DNA of 64,000 nucleotides from Balanoglossus misakiensis (Eukaryota; Animalia; Hemichordata), in NCBI GenBank assembly GCA_040954595.2, contig CM082581.2:13403921-13467920 (forward strand), written 5' to 3'. The position numbers and the translations under genes were made by a program. The notes under the pieces were generated by a model. That model made no database searches. It was given only the letters and a program-made list of their open reading frames with translations, and was not told where the DNA came from. This document shows, in pieces, positions 26,195-37,200 of the stretch; position 1 is the first letter of the stretch; the number at the start of each line of letters is the position of its first letter.

Positions 26195-29100
26195 CTGAAA
26201 GCAATCAATATAATATAGACAAAATTAAAACAAGGATTGCTAAATTCTACGTTACGTGCAAATGACTGGATGTGCGAGAGGGGGGGGGGGGCCAAAGGGG
26301 AACAAAAACATTTTACAAATTCGTCAAAGGGCCCTAGCCAAAAAATTAATGTCAGATACCGGTATGTATTGTCCAAATTGTCTCAGGATTGTGCACTGTT
26401 CAAAGTTGACCGACGGGTACACTAGTTAGAACATTTGAAGTGGTCTTTCCCCCAAATGTAACCATGGTGCTTTTCACGCGTTCATGGCCCCAAATGATAA
26501 CAGCCTTGTAAGGTGGTGGGGTCACTCCCTTGACGCGAAACGCCTGATATCGATGTGATCAATCATGACCCGCATGGCAGGTGAAACGTAACTCACAAAT
26601 TGCATAAAAGATTAAATCATCTGAAATAATACAGTATCCGGCCTGAGGACATGTTAAATGCTTCGCAGTCACCACTACCGACACTGTGTAATCTCCTCTC
26701 CATCTTATCCCCTTATTTCAGACCTTCTCTTGATTTTCACTCAAGTGGAACGGGGATGATTGAAATACTGTGTTTTCTTTTTTGAAACGTCAAAGATAAA
26801 CTAATTCTACCCCCAAACATCGAAGCTTTACATGTCCCTGGTTTAATACTTGTATCAATCTAATTGTCGGTAAATCTCTCTAAATCCTAGCATCACGAGA
26901 TCTTGTTTCCAACGTCACATGCTAAAACTGCAGGCAAGCACTAGGTTTTTGGCCTGTTGTACTGTTTTCATCCAATGTATGCAATATGCTATGTGTTTTC
27001 GTTACACACACATATACCATTAATAATTATGGTTTTATAATATAAAACCGCTTCAACAGTTGTAGCCATCCCTGAAAACTTATGTATACCTTTGAGTGAT
27101 AAAGCAAAGTTAACGCAAAATAATTGAAATTAAACATAGTGATAAGTTTATGTTTCCAAAGTACAGTAATGGGAAAGGAAGATATACGTTGTACTGTTTG
27201 ACCAAGAAAGATTGAGTGTCACTTGTGTAATTGACATGGTGATATTTGACCGAAAACCAAGCATTTTGAAAAGCAAACAACACCTGATCACACACAGTGT
27301 CATCACACTTTCCATTAAAGTAACAAGCTGGGACAGTCAAGGTGTATACATTAACACCAGCGCTGTCATGATTTCACTCTCACGCAAAGGAGGCAAGACA
27401 TTGAAGCTTATCCGAGCTCCGCTGTTCCAATAATACACGCATAGCATCCTTTCAGGAAGAAAAGCCAGTAGCAATTTTTTTGTGATCGATGATTGTATTG
27501 TTTTCTTGGGAACATGATAATATCCTAAGCCAGTCCGCGATGATTTTTCAGCAGTCGCTGGGCGTGTTTTGTCTGTTGGCAATCAAACACTCTGCTCTGC
27601 AAACCACAGATGTGCTTCGTTCGTTCATTTCGTGTTTTCAACGTGGAGGGTCAACAGGTTCAAGCGAGCAAAGAAATTGTATCTGACGCTGCCATCAGCA
27701 GGTGTGACGTCATAGATAAGATTGGATAAATTGACCAAAAGCGCCCGCTTATATTCAATCGAAAGTTTAAAATTCAGTTCAGTAATCGATTTCACGGGGA
27801 TACAACGCAACTCTCTGCAACGGGGTCGAGTAGTTCACAACAGTTCTCCTCAAAGACTAAGTGCCACCGTGTAACCTCCATTGAAGTCTTATCAACCCCA
27901 AAGTAGCGTTTGGCACAGACCGTTTTTTTTGGATCTAAAATATGGCAATCTCCTCCCAGGAAGTATTTTTCTATTTCCCCTCCATTACTCTAGAAACTAT
28001 TTGCATGTGTAAACATATTTATTGAACATCTATATCAATTTGATATGCTGTTGTTGTTGTTGTTTTTCGAGTGGTGACCAGTATCAAGGCTTTATTCTAA
28101 GGACTTTGGGTCAAAGTGACATGCGCAATGCCATGCTCCTACCCAACCCCCAACCTTGCGGAGACCCAAGCGCACGCCTAAAATAGCGCAAATATTATTT
28201 GCCAATTAATTTCTTATATACAGTGACCACGGTATATTTGGAAAGCCCTTGTATCTCCACGTCCACTGGGAGAGATCCTCAGAGAAATACCGTGCTACTC
28301 AGTGAAACGCCGTGCACCCAAGGGTCTGAAATGTACACTCGTAGCATATCAATGAACAACTTTTCCGGATAAACTTCCTTGCATGGTAATTGGTGTTGCG
28401 TGGCAACCCATAGTTACCCGAAATCCATAGTGCATTCCATGTAGCGCAGCGTTTAAAATGGCTGCGGTAAATAGTCAATCCGGTAAATTTACGTTTTACG
28501 TATATTGAGAAGTAAAGATATGGTCTAGTCTTGTTTTAATTTCAGTAGAATGCATTACCAAAATATGAAAGTTGCAGGTCTTTTCTCGTTAGTATAGTTG
28601 TAATTCTGAAAAGACGGCAAAACTTAAGAAGCGTGACACGGGGGCCGGGCTTGAGATGAGTACTGTCCCACTTTTATGCGCATGTCAGCCATCACTTTGA
28701 TTAACTCACAGAGAACATCTCGTTAAGCCAGAGTGATCAATGTACATGCAATCTGAATAAGTTAAGATCCATTTTATGCATCGTGTACTGCGACGCTCAA
28801 TTCACTGAGCAGCAGCCGAATACAAGAACCAGTCATCTACGTTCGTTCTGATTGCAGAATAGTGTTGCCAACATTACTTAAATTGAAAATAGTCACGACA
28901 ACAAATTGTGATTAAATTTGGTCGTACGCGAAAAATGGGCGGAGTACGAACTATAGCATCGCTTCTGTATACCATGACAACTTCAAGGGAGACTATATTG
29001 TGAGATTCAAAATGGATGATGACATACACAGTCTCTGCATTGCTGTCCTAATTATAAAAAAATCAAAAATAAACACAGAGAATTCACAGCGGGCACTCTC

Positions 29101-32082
29101 TTGATGTGTATAGTGCATGGAGAGGTAATTGCGTCAACATAGGTTTGTCAAGTCAGTAACTTAAAGATGTATTTATCGAATCGAGTTTGCCGCTCGCACA
29201 TCAAGCAGATTCTTACACCCTGACACTTGGCCATACATTAGAATACATATCACCGTGGGATACGCGTGTAAGGCCATTAATTGCCGACTAAAGCGCGATA
29301 CAGCCTTAGTTTCGCGCCATCTTAAGAATTCTTCTTGACAGTTACAGGGCAATGTACTTCTAATACGCACTGAAACTACTAATAAGTCCGGGTTCAGTAC
29401 GATCACGTTCTACGCTATGAAATCTCGCTGTGTCAAATTCATATGTACAGTATCAGAGACGAATCATTCGTAAATTGGATTTTGTTTTATGACCAGAGGT
29501 GTGAATTATTGAAGTTTGGAAGAATTGTGCACTGGTTGTTCAACTATAGTTGGAAACTACCATTTTCAATAAGCTATTCTGTATCCCTAAAACATGACAA
29601 AATCACAAGCCTTACTCAGGCTGCGATTATTGAATGTAGCAAGATTACTTTACGATGTTGTTTTTGTGTTTAATTACTAAGGGCAAAACTGGCTCGGTAA
29701 ATGTTGGTGTACCCCAGAAAATACTGCTGCAAGAGTTTGAGGTTTAGATAAACTACGAGGGGAGATACGCGCGCCTGGTTAAAACATCACTGAAGCAAAT
29801 AACAATTATAAACTGACCCTGTAGCATAAACTAGATAACCTGCTTCAAATGATTATTTTGTAACAGAAGTATTATATTTCTTTTTTAAAAAATGTGTTTC
29901 GGGGAGGTACTGTTAAATTTTAAATTTAAGCCGGAATTGCTCTGGGATTGCATCGTAAAGGGACGAAAGATAAGCTCAGATACTGCTTAGTGACTTCGTT
30001 TGTGCAATGTTTAATGAGCACTTTTTAGAGATTGGGGGTAACATGGATATGTTCGTTAAAAGTTATTGCTCAAAGACGCAGCTATTGTGGTATTAACTAT
30101 ACTATACCGCCATTAGAACAGAAACTGGAGTATCTTAATACCAAAATGTAGGAGCAAAGTGGTTGTTAACTGAAGCTTATTGATTTTGTTCTGTACCTCA
30201 GCGGGCAATGGTCTACCCTTACTATCTAACATTAGCTTACAGTCAGTTTTGAGTACATTAACAGAAAGTGACGTCATCCTATGTCGTCACTAATATGCTG
30301 TTCTGAGTCAACCAATTAATACAATCTATCCAATGAATATAGGACAGATCGTAACAGATTAAAGTGTACTGAAGGAAGTTCATGAAAGTCGAAATAAGGT
30401 CATCATGACCCTTCACATAGGTGACATAGTGGACACTGCATGAAGGCTCAGCAATTATGTATGCTATTATTAGATTGTGCTTATATCGCACTTGTATAAT
30501 ACCTTTTCGTTTTCTGGTGCTTTTGATGAGAGCAAATTCAGAAAGGCGTTCTCCGTCTCTGCTGCACTCCTCTTGCCATTCCAGAATCCGTTCCTCTTCA
30601 TTCCGGCAGCGCCACTCGCCGCTGTGTTTCTTTTCCCGTTGTAGAACCCATTCCTTTTCTTCTCCTGATCAAAGCTCCTCTTGCCATTCCAGAAACCGTT
30701 TCGCTTGCCGTTCCAAAAGCCGTTCCTTTTCCCGTTCCAAAAGCCATTTCTCTTGTCCTCCTCTCTCGCGTTGTCACCAAGAAGGGACGAGCTTCCCACC
30801 TCTAGAAGTTCTTCTGTGGGCCAATATTTTGGTATTTGCAAAACCTGCAGATTAAAATATAATCCTGCATTATTTCGTTGCGTCATATTTCCTGTAACCC
30901 TACTGCACGTTTTATGCTCTTGCGAGTAAGACTATAAAATAACATTCAAATTCCTCAAAAGACTCATAACATGGCTTTCTTAACATGGAAAATGTTTAAG
31001 TCGATGACAATGTTTATGTTGATCGGTGATAAATAATTCAAAAGTATCCCTTCTCCGCCCCGCCCACTTCTGCACCCTTACGTCATGAAGAGAAAAATGA
31101 AGAAACAACGTTAGGATGTATTTCCATGAATAATTTGTTTTCTGGGTTAATGGGGATCATTGAGAGTTGCGTGCTTTTTGAGTGAATCTTTTCAACGCCA
31201 TATTCAAAACGCTTCTGTCGGTGTGAACTGTTCCTTCGATCGCGTCCTGTCGTCACGATTGCAGGATGTACAATACATTAATCTATAAACCCCTGTTTTC
31301 ATAAGCGAGGGGTATACCAGTACATAACGGTATATGCACATCGAAATTGTAAGAACGTGTTGGGGGAGGGGAAGATCAGACTGCGTTCTTTGCAAGAACG
31401 GGTCTTTTAATCAGTGAAATGAATGAAAGCCCCAAAGGAGGCATGATGATCCCCCCAAAAACTGCACTAGGGAGAATTACAGAGCGGTGACGAATTGGCT
31501 AGCTCTCACAGATTCAGAGGATTTAAACAGACTTTGGCAGATGGCACAAAAAATAACCCAACAGCGATATAACAAATCCACCAGATAAACTTTTAGCACA
31601 TATAACAATGGGATACTTGAATGATCGCAGGCAAGATTAAGCTGGTATACCAAGGCTTATACTAGATTTGATTTCAAGAAAGTCCAGTCACAGCCCAATA
31701 TTTGAATTCGCTGAAAGAATCGGTCAGTTTATTTATAGCAGCGAATATTCATGATGCAATAAAGGATAGGTTTAGGTATGGGGGACTAGATAAATACCTT
31801 GTGCACTATACGATTTGATGGAAGCCCATAAAACGATTCATTATAAGCCACAAGACTTTACTGCGTTTAAATTATTTCAGAATTAGCTGACATTGCACCA
31901 CAGGGGTCGTGCATAATTAAAACTTCCCTCCATATGACATAGGTAATTTATCGAGCATTTGAAGAAACACACACCTGATCATCTGTCAATTCATTGTTGT
32001 CGTCCAAAGTTACTGCCGATGTTGTATACAGTCCCACTATGGCAACTGTGAAGACTACAGCTACAAAAATGTGTCTAAGCAT
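25946..32082 (-). CDS. NG-peptide (NGFWNamide/NGFYNamide; NPS/CCAP-type) precursor with C-terminal neurophysin, complement(join(25946..26194,30503..30844,31975..32082)), 232 aa
   Basis: A signal-peptide exon, an exon with KR-NGFWNG-KR x4 and KR-NGFYNG-KR x1, and a 14-Cys neurophysin exon. Both coding introns are GT-AG and phase 0, and the frame is continuous. Matches the known deuterostome NG-peptide architecture (hemichordate NGFWNamide/NGFYNamide, sea urchin NGFFFamide, starfish NGFFYamide). Confidence 0.96.
30503..30844 (-). CDS. NG-peptide precursor coding exon 2 (4x NGFWNamide, 1x NGFYNamide)
   Basis: Acceptor atattttaatctgcag|GTT, donor AAG|gtatta. 342 nt = 114 codons: VLQIPKYWP...DKRNGFWNGKRNGFWNGKRNGFWNGKRSFDQEKKRNGFYNGKRNTAASGAAGMKRNGFWNGKRSAAETENAFLNLLSSKAPENEK. 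Confidence 0.96.
31975..32082 (-). CDS. NG-peptide precursor coding exon 1 (signal peptide); exon starts at 32163
   Basis: Minus strand: strong acceptor tttacttttatctttttttctctgtag| (exon from 32163), ATG at 32082, translation MLRHIFVAVVFTVAIVGLYTTSAVTLDDNNELTDDQ (36 codons, hydrophobic core, likely cleavage after TSA), donor CAG|gtgtgt. Not in the supplied ORF track. Confidence 0.9.
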
Positions 32083-33775
32083 TCTAAAATCGGGTGTGTT
32101 TACGATCTTCTCTCCTTTGGCTTCAAGTTCACCTTTGGTTCAACTGTGCTTCAGATGGAATCTCTACAGAGAAAAAAAGATAAAAGTAAAGCCAGTTAGT
32201 TAGTTTGACATTTAACCCCACACAGTATTTAACAACAAAATAACTCCTCTCATGCCTGAGTGAATTGTCGTGTTGGGACCGAGAAGCTTTGAGATAAGAT
32301 CGTAGGGTGTGCGACAGTTTCTTCTGGCGTCTTTAGGAACAATTAGCAGCCAGGTGGAATCAGATATTTTAAATTGATGCGATAGATTCTCTTATTCTGC
32401 AGGAGACAAATCCCGGTGGTGGTGATAAGATGCTTTATCCTGACGTTTCATCAGGTTAATCTGTTTCGTAACCGATATACCAAATATGCTCTGCATATTT
32501 ATTTCATTTATAAAATCATCCTTGCTTCCAGTGTCACGACAAAGCTAGAGACGAATCCTCAGAGCATTCGTTTGTAGTTTGTCACGAAAACTGCAGAAGA
32601 CGACGGATGAGCATGTGAATGGAATGACTGAGAAACTTGCTAACACGTCCATTTTCTTCTGTCTGTCTGACTCAAGTATTTTGCTATAACACTGAATTAT
32701 ATGCTTCTGTTTACATGGCCTTTATTTCATCAGCGGTGAACACTGTGCACTGTCATTCTTAAACATGAGTTGTGGCTCACTTGTATTATAAACACTAATG
32801 GTCATATGAGATGGCTTTAATTTGCTAAAACGTTTGGCAAATGTAGTTATTAACACCATATGTTGATAAATCACTCCATAATAATGCTTTAGTAAAGTCA
32901 CAAAATATGCTCGATTTCCTCTTTTTATGGAGCCTTTTCACTTTTGGCACATGATTGATATAAATGGGCAATATTTCTAAATTAAATCCAAACTGTGGCC
33001 AGCTCATTTTCAAATTGCTGATCACACGATGCTTTACCCGAAAGACAAGCCATTTTCAACGCTCTTGAGACCTATGTACAATGCGAGCTTCTTCCATTAC
33101 GGGAAATTAGTTGTTCTGTGCCTTTGTTCGAGAGTGTGTGGACAGATTTGTTTGCGAGAGGGTTTATCAGTCAAGATTTTCTCATTTACACATGAAAAGT
33201 GGAACGAAGGCGTTGTAGCACCACAAACATATATATGATTTTGAGTTTTTTTAACAATCTGCCTGCGCAATGTAAAAAAAACAAAAAATGCATCTTTTGG
33301 TCCATTTCAACAGCCATTGTTAGCAAAGGATCATGGGTAAGGGCAGATTTGTGAGATGTCGACTAGGCCACGTTCATGGTCTTTATGTTCCGTAAACATG
33401 TTGCAGTTATGGTGTTCAAGATAAAAGGGCGAACAGCGATGGACCCCAAAAATGTATAAATCATTCATGGATATTTCAAGAACGTGTGACGAATGCCAGA
33501 AATAAATGATATTTACGAAGCAAGAACGGCAATTGCTGTCATTAGTAGACGTAATCAAGACTGACTCCGTTGATCGACTTTACGTGTAAACCTTCAATAT
33601 GCGCCATCAATTCTGCATTGAACGTAATTGTGTGAACTTCCGGTTCAAAAAAACCTTCTTCCGGTCTATCACAGCAGACGTTAAAGCATTCCATGTTATT
33701 ATAAGTGTCACTGGTTGCATTATGTCTAACGGTCAGATCGATTAAAGATCACTAAGTCCTGTCAAAAGTACTCAC

Positions 33776-33879
33776 GACCGGAAAACAGTACTATGCTGAC
33801 CTGTTTTCTGAGCCCACTGATATAATTGTGTTGGATAAAAAGTATAAGACGACACAGCTAATTTATAGCGTTTCCGCCC
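33776..33879 (-). promoter_or_regulatory. Putative proximal promoter and non-coding first exon of the NG-peptide gene
   Basis: Minus strand: GC box GGGCGG 33879-33874, TATAAAT 33867-33861, a short ATG-free segment, then donor GTC|gtgagt after 33776. It lies 1.6 kb upstream of the acceptor at 32163, which needs an upstream exon. Confidence 0.55.
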
Positions 33880-34074
33880 TCATTCATTCGTAGAAGTACA
33901 ATTATGTGGCAAGTCAGTTATTTTTAGCTTGGCAAGATGATGGCAAATTTCTAAGAAAGAGATCACATTTCTATAGGAAACTACGTCAAGGTTGTAGACA
34001 TAGTTGATAAAGATTAACCGAATCGTTAGGCTGAATTACTACTGGTAAAAGATAATTTTCAAGTGATACATGTA

Positions 34075-34202
34075 TTAATATTATCTCGTGCGTAGGATTT
34101 AATATCACGTGGGCACGAGTTAGTTTCTCGTGACCATGTTCTTGTGCGCGCGAGACAGTTTCTTGTGACCATGTGATGCTAAGTAATATCATCTCGTGCA
34201 CC
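34075..34202. repeat. Degenerate CTCGTG/CACGAG palindromic tandem array (probable DNA-transposon internal repeat)
   Basis: Recurrent ATCTCGTGC, GCACGAG, TTTCT[C/T]GTGACCATGT x2 and GTGCGCGCGAG. Confidence 0.5.
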
Positions 34203-37200
34203 TTTTGGAAAAAAACAACAGTACAGACTCTGACCTTATATCTGATACTAAAACACATCACACAGTCTGTACGTCGGCGTGTGTGCCTGGAGCATGCGTT
34301 GTGCAAGAATTAATATTTCACATGTACATGTAAACTGAGAATGCTAAAAACGATACTTTTAAAAGATTTGCATAGTAATGCGCATGTGTTGCAGACACTA
34401 TTTTGTTAAACTCTTGGTTGGTTTATCGAATTTCTTTTTCAAGTGTGAAAGCCTTATCAGATTTACATTGGATTGAAAGACATTTTGCCCGCCATCAAGA
34501 TCCAATATTTTGATAAAAGTTTCCGACAAACCAGAATTGAATGATTGGGTAACAGTGTGGGTTAGCCGAAATGCATCAATCTTTCTGATGCACAAAGTAA
34601 CCTCCCTTAAGTGTGTTCAAGTGTAAATTCTACAGCAGTAATACTGACAATAACCATTTTTTCTTGTAATTTCGATCAAGGTCTTTTAGGTGGGACGGGT
34701 CACCGCATTGTGTAAACACATCGGCTCAAACAAACGCCAAAAATCTAATCAAAGATTACGATGCTTGAGGTGGCAAAAGAAAGAAAGTAACAGTGGTGGT
34801 TGTTGCATTATGTATGAAATCAAATGCGTGGAGACAAAGCATGGCGCCAATCATTTTATTTGTTGATTGACCCTACAAGCACCGCTGTCGGTTTTAAACG
34901 GCGCGGTATACAATCAACCTGACTTCGACGTCAGTTTGCACGACTTATCAGATCTTAGTCCTCCGAACTACGAATTCAGACTAATAAACATGTCCAACCT
35001 CGTGTACTTTCTTTCTTTATGTCCCAGAATGATCCAATTATTGTTAGTGAGGAAATGTCAAAATCTCTACTCTCTTGCAAAGTTTCCATGTCCCTGATAA
35101 CAGATCGTTATCTGACCATTGAAGATAACATCACAGGGACTTTTACGAAACTAAAAGTATGTTTGAAAAGGCAGGCACTCTTAATAATTAGTTGAACGTA
35201 CTTCATGGATACCTCCAATTGTATGTGTAATTTGTAGATTAGCCATCAGTGAACACGAACCTCCTGACCGCGTAATTATTCGTAAGTAAACAGTCGTCAT
35301 TGCGATAAAGATTTCAATGAGACATCACTAATGTAAGCCTTCAACACATTTCAATGAAATTAATTAATAAATACCTAAATAAATATATAAATGAGGTAAA
35401 ATCGGGTGATGTCTACTTTACCATTCAGAAACTTTCACCGAATTGTAATTCTGAGAATGGGATTTGCCCTCAAATCTTCTTTACACCCTATCAGGCCCGA
35501 GATTTAATTGAGGGAGTCAAAATCTAGCGGAGATTATGGCTTGACTTCGAATGCAAGTTGGCATGATGCGCACGAAACAGCCTCGGTTATACATGTCGTT
35601 GAGAAGCAAGGCGCCATGGTGGATTTTAAAGTCGTGTCATATATTCCCAAACAAGAACATATTTGGCCGTCGAGTGTGATTTCCTTTTAGCCCACAAAAA
35701 AACGAAAAATGCCAGATTTTGCTGACAAATACAACGAGGCAACGATTACAATGTCATGAAAAAGCACAGAAAATGTCAAACCTCAGTAGCCTGACGCCAA
35801 AGGAACTTAAGCTCCTTTAAATATTTTATTTTTAAGATGGTGCCAGTTTAATTCAGAATTGTCTTTTTGGGATATGATTCTGACTGTGCTCCTTTTGGCG
35901 TTGTCAGCCGTTCAGTGTTGTGTTTTACCTTTTGAATCCCCACGGAACAAATGTTTTTTCTTTACTGAGTTTGGACGCCAAACTTTTTAAATCATATGTT
36001 ACGGTAACACGAACAAAAATGGTGGCGAGGTAGTTTTTATCCGACTGTGTCGGTTTTGTTACATTCACGTACGGTCTACTTTTGTCTGGTTCTACCGGTA
36101 TACCTGTTCAGTTACCTTTTCCATTCAGCATACACTGCTGCCTATTTTTTACAACAACAACCAGGTAATAATAACTAGCGGCCCCACATTTCAGTAACAT
36201 AGGATACCAGTCTTGTATTTTAATGGTTACATGTAATTCGCTTTTAAAAACAAATTCGAGAGTAATTCGCCCTCTAACAATGTTTGGGTGTAATGAAACA
36301 GCGCGGTGTGGTCTCCTATGGTTTCTTTTAAAAATGTTTGAGTAGTCTTGGTCTGGAAATGGTTTGGGCGGGAAGATGAAAATTGTACAAGCTGTGCATA
36401 ACAGGGTAACAAGTCGTTGATGTACTGTAGCACGCCGCGGGATAATTGAAAACCACGCCGCGTATCGATTTAAAACTATCAGGAGCGGAAGAACCAACAC
36501 AGCATACTATGAGAATGCCAAACTTCTGAGAGACAAGTCGCGGAAAGGCAAACGTTGTGAAACCACGGCAACGCCAGGGCAAATAAAGTACACAAGCTAG
36601 TTGGCTGGGTTATGCTTTTCAAAATGAAACTCAAACAGAACATCAGGAGTGAATTTTTCCGTGTGGACATAGCATAATTGAGAGAAGCTGGACAAATGCT
36701 GTGTATCCTCATAATGCACGGACAAATAAATCACCCGTCTTCTGGGATTCGTCCAGTTAATATTAAAAGTGGAATGAAACTTGTGTTCAAACGGACTCTT
36801 TGCTCAAGTGTGTTCACACAGAATTCCACACACGTTAAGATTTGTACCGTTGAAAACTAGATGAGATAATCCTTTATCTTTCTGTAACCCGAGCTCGTCA
36901 TTTCTATACATTGATCTTTCGTGCAGGGTAAGGCTAGGTTGAGATCAGTTTACACGGTAAAGTATACGACTACCTGTGTACTGTCCTGGGACAGTACTTA
37001 AACTTTACTTAACAATGTCTCTCGGGGACGGTTAAATTACATATGTGATAATCATGGCTGTAATAGTCTGAATCCTGGAATAATAACGAGCTGGTCCCAT
37101 GGACATTTTTTGACAGACAATTCATCTGCCTTTGTTGATTTGTAACTTGATTCTGAAAATGAAACCATTTTTAGTCCCAGAGCAGTCAAAGAAATAGATC

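Noticed and set aside
30457-30929. Repetitive + strand ORFs (SSCHSR.., PFQKPF..) and the apparent 24-bp DNA repeat
   Set aside because: These are antisense or off-frame shadows of the NG peptide repeats, not separate genes or a CRISPR-like array.
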